Assembly (NCBI GenBank): GCA_030295235.1
Contig: AP026129.1
Span: forward strand, 744,001 to 808,000
Reading direction: 5' to 3'
Source: Fistulifera solaris
Taxonomy: Eukaryota
Length of the DNA stretch: 64,000 nucleotides
Both the position numbers and the translations under genes were made by a program. Of this stretch, positions 25,001 through 37,120 are shown one piece after another. Position 1 is the first letter of the stretch; every line of letters begins with the position of its first letter. Below the pieces are notes generated by a model. The model was not told the DNA's origin and made no database searches. It saw only the letters and a program-made list of their open reading frames with translations.

Positions 25001-26528
25001 GACAACCTGGTGGGAGTCAGTACCCTCTGAGTTGATGCGGTTTTGAGGGGACTAAAGACACTGTTATCGTCCCCTCCACTACATGGTGTACTATTCATTG
25101 ATGCCTGACTCATGCTGCTGGTGTACATGTCGTTCTTAGTGGCGCTACGAGTATTTCTTGCCGGAGAATCGATGCTCATGGGATTTGCGATGCGCCGAGG
25201 CGAAGCCGATAGCTTTGTGGGAGTCAGCACTTTCTGAGCGGATGCGGGCTGTAAGGATGCATTGGGAGTATTTTGAGGGGACACATCCGAGACGCCACTT
25301 TCGCTATGATCTGATTCACTAGTGGGTGGTGCTAGGATAGCTTCTTTCGTAGTTGACGCAAAAGATCGCGAAGCTGATGCTGGGACAACTCCTTCAAAAA
25401 GGTCGTCGAGAGTACGGCTACCAAGATCACTGACTTCAACCTTTCTCGACAGGTCAATAGTAGCGTCGCCTCTGCTTCCCGACGACGAAGATTCCGAGGG
25501 GTGGAGAGGAATGATGTGTTGGACATGAAATCTGATCGATCTGTCATTCGCGACATGTTGCTCATGGAAAGGCGTGTCTTGACTTCCTCTTGACGCTGCT
25601 GGTCACGAGCAAGACGAACTTGCTTCATCGATGCGGCCAATTCTTTATACTTTTGCACCGAGGAGTTGACGTCGACTGTTCCAGGAGTACCATGCCATGA
25701 CTTGCGGCCAACAACAACCGGAGATGGCACATGGTGGAGTGCCGATGCGGTCCCCATGGAGAATCGACGCACATCAATTGTTTCTTTTCTAACGTCCGAC
25801 AGTGGCCCCGCAATCCCCACCACTTCTTTCAACACTGTTTCAGAAGAGGGAGCTTGAACTTCCATGATCACTGCGTCTGAAGAGTCAGCTTTGTTGATGT
25901 CAGCAGGTAGAGGCGGAACTGAGGTCCCGCCGCTCGGTTCATTTTCTTTTAATTCAACAGTGTCATTCTTTTCATTGTGTTGTTTCCTTTCCGCGGCCAG
26001 CTTGGAGAACTCGGCTAGTCTCTGACGTGAAGATGATGCGAGAATAAAGTTAGACGCCGTTAATTCGGTGGTATCCGACAAGACGCTTTGATTGAGCGTG
26101 TCATTTGCTGAGCTACCCGACCCCGTCGAACCGGCCAAACTCAGGAAACTAAGCTCTGCCACATTAGCTGTCACGTCGCCGGTATTCCGATCGATCGATT
26201 CGTTAAGCCCCTGAAATGAAGTATCCTTTTGAAAGGGTGTTTTCGAAGTGCTTTTGAAGTAGTAGGCATGCGCCGCGCCAAGACTGATGCGGTGCTTGGA
26301 CGGCGTTTTGCGCGGAGGAGAGATCACTACTTCCTCCGGTCGCGGAAACTGGCTTTCTGAATCTTCGACACTTCTGGATTTGGGAAGAGCACCGGACAGA
26401 GTCTTGCGGCGTTTCGTATCTCTCTGACCCGTAACGTTTTGCATAGAGTTGCGGAGCACTCCTTGGTCGCTTTGCCGGCGAACCTCTGCAATAACGGGCG
26501 TACCGCGATTTTCGTCAGAGGTGTCCAT
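22024..26528 (-). CDS. KNL1/Spc7/Spc105-like kinetochore scaffold (split by frameshifts; intron 22824-22907)
   Basis: Long disordered S/T/P-rich protein; SSLRK...RHVEF resembles the SILK/RVxF PP1-docking module; four TVx(L/I)ExxMxxLL repeats; coiled coil followed by an RWD-like C-terminus (FELTIDYPFAP...PGFGYLSRTC). Confidence 0.6.
24511..25240 (-). repeat. Coding tandem repeat, 4 copies, period 207-210 nt
   Basis: LTPT(K/R)LSASPRRIANPM(S/R)IDSPA(R/P)NTRSA blocks with plus-strand anchors at 24511, 24721, 24931 and 25138. Confidence 0.92.
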
Positions 26529-27163
26529 ATTGCAACGATTCCTTCTTTACGGAATGGGACAAAAACAAACGACTTGTCGAAGGTTGTCAAGTTATCGTGA
26601 GGTCGTTCTCCGAAGAAAAATGCATGTGGGTTTTCATCAAGGCAAACGAAAAGGAGGGGCGAGGTGCGAAGGTGAAAAGAGTGACAAAAGAGAGCGGGCG
26701 TACGCATTCAATAAATGATCTTCTTCAAGTACGTACACATATATATGTGAAATCACATAGGAAAAGGTTCTTTGACGTTTTACGTCTACTCAAAGAAGGG
26801 TGACCTTACGCATTACTCGGAGTACTATGACGTTCTTGTACATTGCGCGCAATCCGCGCTCAAAATATTTTTGACCTGGACCTCGGCTCCTCGGCTGGGG
26901 CTGGCTAGGGCTAACGCTAAAGCTTAAGGCTAAAAACCAGTGGTCAGTGGTTCTCTCCCCCCGCTGATTATTTCGGGAAAGAGTGAAATGTTTGTTATGC
27001 AAGAACATTTTGAAAAGAATTGGGCTATTGCAGTGTGCTCTATCTTGTTCGCAATGATTGGAGGTAGGCCAAGGAAAGACAAAGCTACGTCATACTTTAC
27101 GTGGCGTTCTATACATTGAAATACATTTCTAAAGGAAGTAAGCAGAATCCGAACTGAAAAGTA

Positions 27164-27999
27164 TCATGTTAAAGATCCTTCAGGTGCTTTAGGTGAGACA
27201 AAGCCGCTTGTGGCGCCGCCCCTTCGTACGTCAAATCGCTCTCCAATATACCCATTACTATACGTTGTTCCCGCTGTAAAATGATTTGATGTTACTCTCG
27301 ATTGCGAGTAAGCATCCAGCTTTTCTTCCTCCTCAAGCTCATTTAATAGTGAATGGCGGAAAGTAAAAGTAAGCGCCGCAAAGCCCATGTAAACTATTGT
27401 CAAAAACATACACATAATAGAAAATACCACCGACGAGCGGCTAGCTGCTGAGTGGCGATCATCCCGATCTCTTTGCCTGTCTTCTCCTTCCCTAAAATCT
27501 CGAACCTACGACGGGGTACATGAGTATTTGATGGAGCTTTACAAAAATCATATTAATGCAAGACAATAATCGTACCTCAAACTCCCCAAACAGAACGGAA
27601 CATAGTAATGTCAGGTTGGCAAACATTATAAGCGATCCAATAAACGAACCGACAGCTATTGGTGTTGTTTTGTGGACTTGTGGTGAACAGCACGTGTAGT
27701 ATTCCCCGGTGGGAGATTGCCAACCCAAAACAACCGTCCCAAAAATTGCTAAGAGCGTCGCAAGCACTGCCGTCCACATTGCAGCAAATACCAGCGCCCG
27801 ACTCGTTACAGCAACACGTGCCTCTCCTTCTCCCCCCCTCTTCTTTGTAGTTGTAAAAACTCCCATCGTCAGATGACAAAGCAAATACCAGTGAAGTCAC
27901 AAACGCCATGAAAGTCAGCATCGTAATTAGGGTCCACAGCGAAGCCAGTAGCCCCCTTCTCGTATTTATGATTCCATCCCAGAGAGAATATGACCGCAT
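27164..27999 (-). CDS. Hypothetical multi-pass membrane protein (intron ~27492-27575, one frameshift near 27835)
   Basis: Four hydrophobic segments across three ORF pieces; donor after FGEFE and acceptor tttag; no family recognised. Confidence 0.6.
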
Positions 28000-28505
28000 G
28001 GTTTTCTATCACTGATCTATAAGATTTAAAAACTAACAAACAACGCATTCAATCATCAATGATTTCGGTTGGCCTTTTCTACTCATTCTCTTAATCTCCT
28101 CGACACGGCGGACTGCGAGCGGAGAGCTGAAAAGCTGAAACGAGCACCAAATAAGGGCCTCTTCTTTATATTCTACAGTCATAAAGAAGTGACATACTTT
28201 CCGTAACAAAATGTTTCCGTTTAACGTTCACAGCAACAGTGATAAACCAGGATACTAGACTTTTTATGTACAAGGTCCAGAAACAGGGAGTCAGTCGGCG
28301 GCTTACTGAGATTCATTTAGTGGAATGAATTAACCGTTTCCAACGGTTTACAATTTGGTCCTAAACACACCTGGTACGTAGTACTTTCTTTCCCTCTCAC
28401 TTATGAGCTCATTATTTAAAGTGATCGATGCTTAAATTGCTAAGGAATGGTCACTAGATCGTCCTATCAGCTGATTCATTTAAAAAGCTCTTTTTTGCCT
28501 CGCTT

Positions 28506-29807
28506 TTAAAGCTCGTTACCGATTTCGTTTCCTTGATTAATTTCCGCTTTGTCCTTGGATTCACTTTGGGCTCGGGCCATCCGAATTCGCTCTTCCCAAT
28601 CGACTTTGGATGAAAGTTCCACTTCATGAGGCCAACCAATGCGGGGAATCGAGCTTGAATCATCAACTGGCAGCATATCAACAACGTTGTAATCGATTCT
28701 ATCGGAAACCTTGCGTACGAAAAGCGCACCAGAATCTCGAATCTCTTTGAAATCGTAAACACCTAAAAAATATGGCCCCCATGGTCGCGGCTGGTCGACA
28801 TTTGCAGACTCAGGAACAGTGTATCTTTGATTTTCCCATAAATAGCCGAAAGCAGTGGGAACATGTTCGTCCATGCGTTCGAAGCGGATGTGTTGTATTG
28901 ATGATGACGTCTGATTGCGCCATAACAGATGTCCATTATCATCCATTTTCGGTAGCGTATTCTTAAACTTATCGACATGCATAAGCAAAGTGGGAATGAA
29001 GGTTTCATCAGTCATCAACAGGCCTGAGGACTCCAAAAACTGACGGAAGCGACTGCTTAAACTGTCATCTCGTGCCATTTCAGCAACCAACCAGACACAA
29101 AAGTCGGGTTGTAAAATCATCCATTGACTGCCAAAGTATACTGTCATGGATTTCGACAGTTCCAGTCCGTCTTTGTCCACATATTGAATCGTCACCTCGG
29201 GTTCCGTGCCGTCCCTCGTGTAATGTCTTCGCTTGTGCCAAAATGAAGGGAACTGGTTCACATTTGTAGGTAACAATCCAGTCTCGCAAGCACTGCTAGT
29301 AACAAAGTTGTATGGAAGTTCGGATAATATTCGCGACATAGTCGATGGAGTGTACACGGGAAGACTGTCGCCAGATATGTTAATCCAAACATCCCACTTA
29401 TCCTTTTCTTCCGCGGCCACTTGCACACCCCAGAGAGTAGGAAGGTTCATACTCCATTTGCTCCATGCAACATCGAATTTCGATTCAACTCGGATCGTAT
29501 TTTGGCAAGGACAAGCTTGTATTTCTCGTAAAAGAACGTTGTCGTCGGAGAGTAATAATTGTTGCGCTTTGAGGTCGACATGGATGAGAATCGAGTTGAG
29601 TGGATCTCGGATTGCTCGCAGTAAATGTACGGCGTCGCTCATAGTCCGTTCATTGTGAACTTGCACGAAATAGAATATTCGGAATCCCTCGTCATTCTCG
29701 CCACTCAATGAACCCCGACAGCGATCGGAACACCCGGGCGAAACAGCGGCAACGGACGTTGCAGAGATTAAATAAGAAACGACACACCCCAAATAGCTAA
29801 AATGCAT
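28506..29807 (-). CDS. GT14 (Core-2/I-branching / xylosyltransferase-like) glycosyltransferase
   Basis: Signal/anchor; YFVQVH, ILIHVDLK, VAWSKWS, WDVWINISGDSLP, YFGSQWMIL, TDETFIPTLL, SGALFVRKV. Confidence 0.85.
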   Translation of the reverse strand: MHFSYLGCVVSYLISATSVAAVSPGCSDRCRGSLSGENDEGFRIFYFVQVHNERTMSDAVHLLRAIRDPLNSILIHVDLKAQQLLLSDDNVLLREIQACPCQNTIRVESKFDVAWSKWSMNLPTLWGVQVAAEEKDKWDVWINISGDSLPVYTPSTMSRILSELPYNFVTSSACETGLLPTNVNQFPSFWHKRRHYTRDGTEPEVTIQYVDKDGLELSKSMTVYFGSQWMILQPDFCVWLVAEMARDDSLSSRFRQFLESSGLLMTDETFIPTLLMHVDKFKNTLPKMDDNGHLLWRNQTSSSIQHIRFERMDEHVPTAFGYLWENQRYTVPESANVDQPRPWGPYFLGVYDFKEIRDSGALFVRKVSDRIDYNVVDMLPVDDSSSIPRIGWPHEVELSSKVDWEERIRMARAQSESKDKAEINQGNEIGNEL

Positions 29808-30507
29808 AATACGCGATCTTCCTGAAAAGATGTAATGAAGTAGCAGTTTTATATCGCAGAGACAGAAGCTTCATGATCAAATAATAATTGTCGTCGCTAT
29901 CTCCCATCGCACAGTTGAACAAAAAAAATGAATGAATTCATGACTGACATCCAGTCGTGGCCAAAAGGGTAGTGCCAACTGCCGACTAGCTTCACTACTT
30001 TTGGATTTAACATCAGAATAATGTAAAACAACGAAATGCCTAAAAATGTCCACATTGTCATTGAAACATCACTAAGGCAACACAGCTCAAATCACACGAT
30101 AAACATAAGAAAGACGAACGAATGATTAATGATTAAGCAACGCTTTGAACGTTCGACATTGCAATCTCGTAGACCCCGTAGGCATTTATCGAAGTAGGTA
30201 GCACTAGCACTGTGTATTTTATAAACCGTAAGGCCCAAATGCCCTCTTTATGGAATGATGCTTATCGATGTTGTCGCGAAAAAGCACAAAAACTCCCTTT
30301 TTAGCAGCATTACCATTCGTGGCGAAAGTCGGCCCAAACATGGGTAGATAGGTAGTGAAAGATGCTCCAACTGATGCATTTTAAAAACCAGTTAAGAACA
30401 ATGAAGGATTTCATACTGCTTGGATATCGGTATACCTAGCCGCTTACCGCTTGGTAAAAGTTACAAAATGCCGACGCGAATTTCCGTCTCTTTCATGGGC
30501 CTTGACG

Positions 30508-31323
30508 TTACAATACCCAGTCATCGGGCCACCAATCCCCTGTTGGTAGCGCAAGTTGGAAATTCAATCTTGAGCGAATCGTACATTCGAACCAGCCTTT
30601 GTCGCGACAAGTGTCGCTCATGAGTATCAATGCAAGGTAAACTCCAGCTACCTGAAGTACCAAAGCCATTACCAACCACACACAACCGATGCACCGTGGC
30701 GGAAAACACTTTCTTGATTCTTCATACAACGTGTATGCGTCACTCCCGGGCTGACTGCGCCACACAAGATGGCCGAAAATATCGAGTAAGGCTGACATTG
30801 ACAAAGATACCCCGAAGAAGAGAATAACAAATTGCAAGATGGAATTGAAAATCTTCCATTCCACATAGATGAGGCCCAATAGAATTGTCGAGTAGATGAC
30901 AATTAAGAACACCAGAGTTCGGTTGGGCGAGTAGCACAGGCTGATCAGAAGCGCTGCTACCAACAAAAGTGCTGCCGCTGTTGCAGTCCTTCGTCCACCA
31001 CAGCAAACTGTAAATACCACGCCCCACACTGCCTCACCAAGATAACCAGCAGGTGCAATAAGACATCTCCAACCTCCTCTATACCTTGTGACGCCGCCTT
31101 CGTTTTCATACACCTGCAATTGTAAAACCCGGCCGCCAGTAAACCAGCATACTGCCGCATGAGATATTTCATGAATCGATGTCGCTAATAATCTCACGGG
31201 CTTGAATAAGAAAGCATCTCGTAGAAGAATGACACCAACACCATAAACGACGTAAAGATAAAGGAAGGCACGCTGTTCATCGTTGCAACAGATGACTTCG
31301 TCTGCCGCCATGTCTCTGTACAA
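30508..31323 (-). CDS. Peptidase M50B-like intramembrane metalloprotease
   Basis: KPVRLLATSIHEISHA...TGG, NEGGVT, IAPAGYLG, SDAY; multiple TM segments. Confidence 0.85.
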   Translation of the reverse strand: MYRDMAADEVICCNDEQRAFLYLYVVYGVGVILLRDAFLFKPVRLLATSIHEISHAAVCWFTGGRVLQLQVYENEGGVTRYRGGWRCLIAPAGYLGEAVWGVVFTVCCGGRRTATAAALLLVAALLISLCYSPNRTLVFLIVIYSTILLGLIYVEWKIFNSILQFVILFFGVSLSMSALLDIFGHLVWRSQPGSDAYTLYEESRKCFPPRCIGCVWLVMALVLQVAGVYLALILMSDTCRDKGWFECTIRSRLNFQLALPTGDWWPDDWVL

Positions 31324-31737
31324 TGGGCGTCGAGAATCAGTTGCTTGAAAGAATTCCTATAATCTTGGTGTTATCATCGTGCCGTAAAGACTTTCATCGA
31401 TCATCAAGTGTACCTGCATACATCTTTCACTTGCCATTTGCCATACCTCTAGGATCGGAATGAAATTTTTCGTCGCGCAACCGAATCCTAAGCAGTCACC
31501 ATGTTGTTTCGTGCTTAACAACCGGTACCTATTTTTCCTCCGCGTTACTTTCCTACCTACAGTCGTTTTTCTGACGGTTGATTCAAATAAAGGTGCGCTC
31601 ATGTGTGAATGCAATCATCGTGGGATGATGCGACTGAAATCAGAACACCAACATAAAAACAAGTGCATGTCAAAGGATCCGACTCAATTTGATACAACTG
31701 ATAAAACTTAGCGACATTGACCGCCTAACAAGTCGCG

Positions 31738-33753
31738 ATGAACGATCAGGGCAAGCGCGTACAGCGCGAAGAGCTTCATCATGTTCTCCCTTCCCCGGAT
31801 GGTACGATGATTTTGCCCAAGCGCCTAAAGCCGGCCCCTTTCAAGACCCGGTTCATATCCCCTCGAGATCACGATACGGAACGTACCAATGACGAAATTC
31901 ATACTTCAATTTCATTCTGTCCGGTAATTCGAGCAATCGTGGACACTCGTGTGTTTCAGAGACTCCGGGGAATTCAGCAATTGGCTCGGGCGGATCTTGT
32001 TTTCATGAACACGAATCACTCGCGATTCGAGCACTCGTTGGGAGTAGCTCATTTAGCCGAGAGACTTTGCAGACGCCTCCAAGAACAGCACCCTAAATTG
32101 AATATTTCTCACAAGGATGTTTTGTGTGTCAAATTGGCTGGATTGTTGCACGACATTGGTCACGGCCCGTTCTCCCATACGTACGAAGTTGTTGTCAAGA
32201 ACGCACTTCCCCAATACCTCGACGATCATCCGGACTTGAAAGTGCACTATGCTGGATATCCTAAACTTGCTAAGGACTGGTGTCACGAAAAGGTCAGCCT
32301 CGACATGATCGATCTTTGCCTAGATGAGCTTGGTCTCCAAATCGACTATCAAGAACTGGATCGTCCTCTGAAACAGATCGGTGACGGTCTTGATCGGTGC
32401 AGTATGCGATGTTTCAACTCGTTCAAGAATGAGAATGACGATTTCTCCATTACGAAGGTACATTATAATGATGACGATGATATTCTCACCTCGCGGGACT
32501 TTTGCTTCATCAAGGAGTGCATCCTCGGCAGGCCGCTCCCCCGGTTCAACGGTTTCATTGGACGGACCAATATGTATAAAGAGTTCCTTTATGATATTGT
32601 TTGCAATCGTCACTCCGGTTTAGATGTTGATAAGATTGATTACTTTGCCCGCGACGAGCGCCGCGCGATCTGGGCGTCTGGAGAGATCGAAACGCTCATG
32701 GTCGACGAGGCTGTTGTAGCATGGGCGGCTTGCACAGCAGATCGCGGTTCCTGTTCAAGTTGTAATCGACCTGGACACAAGCATCATAAACACCATCTAA
32801 TGATTTGCTATCCCGAGAAACGCATTCCCGATTGCTTACGCTTTTTCAAGAAACGATACACAAACCACGACACTATTTACAAGCATAAGACGGCACGAGC
32901 CGGGCAGTTGCTCATGTGCGATATCCTTTGTCAGGCTGACCCCTTCTTTCGAATCTTCACACCGCATCCTTTTGTGAAGCGTGGGCCTCTTTTTCCTCAA
33001 AACTTTGAAAAACTTCCCCTGAGTTTGGCAATGCTCGATCCTTACGTGTTTATGGATTTGGACGATTCAATCTTTGAATTGATTCTCCACAGTCCCGATC
33101 CTCGCTTGAATCCGGCCAAGAAGCTCATCTACGAGCGTTACAAGTCTCGGAAACTCTACAAATGCGTCGGTTGGGAAGTGATCGACCGAAAGTATGAAAT
33201 CGGAATGAACATCTGGGAAAAGTCGGAGTCACAGATTGCCGCTGAGATGCTAACTATGGGTGGAGAACATCGTGACAGTGACGGACGTCCCCTCATTCTG
33301 GAGAAGGCGGACTTTGTATTAGACAAATGCAGCTCCAACTACGGATCTGGCGACAAGAACCCTCTCGAGAAGATGCGATTCGTTCGGCGGGAAGACATGA
33401 GTACCCACAAGAAGCACAGACCGGCTGAAGATCTTCCTGTGGCTATTTTGTTTGACGAAAAACGTTTTTCGACGGAGCTACCGCGATCGTTCGAGAGTAA
33501 CATCATTCGTGTGTATTCTCGAAATGATCAGAAGTCTGACCTTGTCGGCCATGTCTTTGCAATGTGGATTGAGAAGGCTCTCTCAGGAAAGGCTGGCATC
33601 TTCTCTATGACATCGGACCCCGAAGAAGCAGACGATGACGAAGAAGAAGATTGTAAACTCCCACCTGTTGAACTTTCCCAAGAAAGCATTCCTGAAAATT
33701 TTCGCGAGTTTTATGGAGAAGACGACGATGATGATAAATCGATTGCCCTATAG
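31738..33753 (+). CDS. SAMHD1-like HD-domain dNTP triphosphohydrolase (no SAM domain)
   Basis: IVDTRVFQRLRGIQQL, HSRFEHSLGV, LLHDIGHGPFSH, WCHE, FLYDIVCN..SGLDVDKIDYFARD, YKHKT, RKLYK. Confidence 0.9.
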   Translation: MNDQGKRVQREELHHVLPSPDGTMILPKRLKPAPFKTRFISPRDHDTERTNDEIHTSISFCPVIRAIVDTRVFQRLRGIQQLARADLVFMNTNHSRFEHSLGVAHLAERLCRRLQEQHPKLNISHKDVLCVKLAGLLHDIGHGPFSHTYEVVVKNALPQYLDDHPDLKVHYAGYPKLAKDWCHEKVSLDMIDLCLDELGLQIDYQELDRPLKQIGDGLDRCSMRCFNSFKNENDDFSITKVHYNDDDDILTSRDFCFIKECILGRPLPRFNGFIGRTNMYKEFLYDIVCNRHSGLDVDKIDYFARDERRAIWASGEIETLMVDEAVVAWAACTADRGSCSSCNRPGHKHHKHHLMICYPEKRIPDCLRFFKKRYTNHDTIYKHKTARAGQLLMCDILCQADPFFRIFTPHPFVKRGPLFPQNFEKLPLSLAMLDPYVFMDLDDSIFELILHSPDPRLNPAKKLIYERYKSRKLYKCVGWEVIDRKYEIGMNIWEKSESQIAAEMLTMGGEHRDSDGRPLILEKADFVLDKCSSNYGSGDKNPLEKMRFVRREDMSTHKKHRPAEDLPVAILFDEKRFSTELPRSFESNIIRVYSRNDQKSDLVGHVFAMWIEKALSGKAGIFSMTSDPEEADDDEEEDCKLPPVELSQESIPENFREFYGEDDDDDKSIAL

Positions 33754-33850
33754 ATGCTAGATTGTTCACACATAAACTACTTTGAATGGCAACGTCTAAA
33801 ATTTTGAGAAACAAACCGACTATTAGAATAGCCGATAATCTGAATAGATA

Positions 33851-36528
33851 TTAAGATTTGCTGAAGTAGTTTGAAATGATTTCTGTCAAATCTATCGTTG
33901 TGGTCAGACTCTCATCATCTTCATCCGAGTCAAAACTTTCCCATGAACCATCTTCATCGTCAACGTTTGCATCGTTCGCGACGACCTCCGACTTAGAAAC
34001 ATTATCTACTTGCATTTCATGCCCGCTTACCCCAGAACCAACAATTTCGTCGTCAACTAAAGGTTCTGGTATGTTTTCCTTAAAAACTTTGTTGAACAAA
34101 ACGGATTCTTCGATCGCAGAACGCTTATAGGGAGGCAAGCAGCACAAACGTCGATGACCTCCTTTCAAATCCTCTTTCAAACATTTTCTCGAACAGTAAC
34201 ACGCCGTTCCGCAACCCGGGCAAACAAGAAATGGTTTGGCAATCTCATTGTGGCTTGGGTCGCCATCTTCTTCTTGTCTCTGCCGTTGTTGATCCTTCGT
34301 GATTGCATTTAGCTGACACGTATATGACCAGCACTCTGGCTGCCTATCTGGCCACCATCTCCGATCGATAAATGGTAGAATACGGAGCACGACTTCGTTT
34401 GGTATACGCAAGCGGTGGGTACAAAGGAACAGTTCCTTTATAGTACGTTGAAAAGAGTGCGAGAAAGTATAGTGCAAAGTTGGTTTCCAAGGAGCCTGTC
34501 TTGCACGTAACGCAACGAGAACAGAGAAATCATAACGTGACTGTAATTGAGATAGCGAAAGACCTCTTCCGTTCTACCAGGCGATTCGAGAAATCGTGAT
34601 TAGTAGAGAATCATTTATTCATGGAGATTAAATGCACTTACCTCATCGTCAATCCAAGGATCAAACTCTGCATCAGAATCATCTTCGGAACCCGCACTGT
34701 TATCCTCGTCTTCATCTTCAACAGGATACTGATATTCGTGCCTACGAAGATGTGAGCAAATGTAAGGTCACATGATAACGAATTGCTACAACTGGACTTA
34801 CCAAAACATGATAGGATCGTCTATATTTAACGGGAACCCGCACCAAACAACAAAATCACCATATCCCATTCGTGAAAGTCGAACATCGACCATGTCGCGA
34901 ACAAAAAGCGAACGGACTGTTTTCAGTACCTTATCAGGTCTTTCGAGATCTAGTATCGCCGAAATGGACTCCGAGTCGATCCGTGTAGCTACCCCATGGC
35001 GTGTAATCGATAAAACTTGCTTTCGTTTCTGCAGAACATGATCGAGATATCTTGTCGAACTAATCAAGCTTGGATAGATATCAGGATGTTCTCCGAACAA
35101 ATACGAACTGCCTTCCTCAATGTGCTCAAGATCGTTCACGCGGTTGGGTGGAGGAGAAACACGATCCATAAATCCATAAGCAGTATTCTTCACAGCTTCG
35201 CTTGCCAGGGTAAAATAGGGCTCATTATCAGGTAGCATCTCGACCGTGGCGTCGCCCAAATCGACCAAAGCACGTACACAATTCCAATAAGAAGATAAAA
35301 AAGTCCCGAGAATATCACTGGACACTCTTACACGCTTTATAGCCTCTTGGCAGCGTCTTCGCTCCAGGTTAGCTCGGGTACCCAATGCCCGAAACAGAAT
35401 TTCTACGAGTTGAATGTGCAAACTCGAAGGACGATCTTCCGTTCGCAGCGCCGCGACAACCCGCTTTAATCGTGCTCTTCTTTGTTTTTCCAGTGGCTGG
35501 GATTCTATCAAGAGATGACCGAATTCGTCTAAATACCGCGAACGCACAAAGGATGCTACAGTGACCGCATGTTCTTCTGTCATGATTGTGATTCCTAATC
35601 CGATGGTCAAATGTAGACCATTCAGGAAAGCCGACCATTCTCCACAATCATGATCTTTCTCCCCGATATCACATAAATTGTCACATTCCACGCATTCGCT
35701 GTTCACAATGAGCAACACCTTTCGCAAAATCGCCACATCGTCCAGGGCTTGTTCTCGCGATAGCCTCGTCAAAATCGTCAATGCCATGTAATAATCACGT
35801 TGAACTTCCGACAAGGCGTGTCGTAGCAATCGCAACAATATATTCCATTTCAATTCACGGGGTAATCGAGTCGAAATTGGAATTTGGAAATTGAAATTCT
35901 CTGCCAGAGTCTTGCCCTGGAAAAACATATCCCTCATTTGGGTCCAAAATTCGTGTTGCCCATCGTAGAGGCTGCGTGGTCGTGTCGCCGGACTCCACTG
36001 TGACGACAATTCCCTTCCTTGTTCCAACAATATGCATTGGATCACCGAGTCGGGAGAGGTGTAAAGTTCTTCGCCGCCAAACGGAAGCATGCCGGCCGTG
36101 GCGCGTAATACCGGGTTGGCAAAGAAACAACTGCGACAAAATTCGAAATGATTTTCTTCCGGTTGTTGAATGCGATGATACAAGGAACGCATCTCGTGTC
36201 TCTGATCCGGTTGTGGTCGTAACGCGTCTTTGGGAATCGGATGCTCTTCTTCGAAAGGATACAAGCAATCGTAGGCATCAATGAGAGGATAGTAAAAGTC
36301 GTGGTACGGGTACAACGATGTATCCTGAACGATGCCTTCGGAATTGAAATAATTTCGTCGTGCAACAGGATGAGAGCAATGCGGGACGGTGATGGTTTCT
36401 TCGTATTTGAGTGACTCGAGACGCCATTCCTCTTCGAGTTGCTGTTCGACCGAACGGATGGTCGCGATTTCGGCTTCGATAGCATCTCGTTGGAGAGGCC
36501 GAAAGTGAAAGCAGTCCTTCGAATTCAT
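33851..36528 (-). CDS. Hypothetical protein with C-terminal MYND-type zinc finger, multi-exon
   Basis: Long exon to ~34802, short introns in 34560-34801, last exon with CWSYTC...CPGCGTACYCSRKCLKEDLKGGHRRLC; exact exon joins uncertain. Confidence 0.6.
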
Positions 36529-37120
36529 TATTCGATATGTAAGCACGTTTTGAAACTAAATAAAAAATGACAAGAAGGTAAAAAGTATTTGTCGCAGTTG
36601 AAGAGGCGAATGCATTCATTCGCCAACTTATCGCGAAGCGAGTGAATAAAAAGTAAATAAGCAAAGAAATGCCGTACCGGTAGATCGTGACTGCCTATGT
36701 CAGTCGTGTGTCCAAAAACTAACTCTTCGGGCTCCAGTGAATAGAGATGTCAACTATTCGGGACAATTTTCGACGGAATAATGATCAAGTGATGAGTTTA
36801 ATCTGTAAAGAAGCTCTCTAGAAATTTTCGTTCGCGTACAAATAGTGCTCGGTGTTTGTTCCAAGAGTGACAGCATAAAAGCCACGAAAAGTCGCGATCA
36901 TTATTATTTTGTTTCGTGACTCATGAATGAGATTCAGTCATGGCAAAGGTGAGCCTACTTTTAAGACTATAGTGTTGAGGGTTGGAGTTGCAACACGCGC
37001 AACAATAAAAAGGTCGAGAGCATAGAGGAAAAGAACAGTGATTATAGTCCAGAGACTATCATCTCAAGGCTAATTCAATACTCCATTTCATCCATTACTG
37101 CCACTAGCTTTATGTTGACG

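Noticed and set aside
30240..30380. C/D-box snoRNA (ATGATG...CTGA)
   Set aside because: The boxes are imperfect, and no terminal stem or rRNA complementarity could be verified.
31738..33753. SAMHD1-like gene as part of a defence island with the retrotransposon
   Set aside because: It lies about 30 kb away with unrelated genes between, and SAMHD1-like dNTPases are common eukaryotic housekeeping genes.
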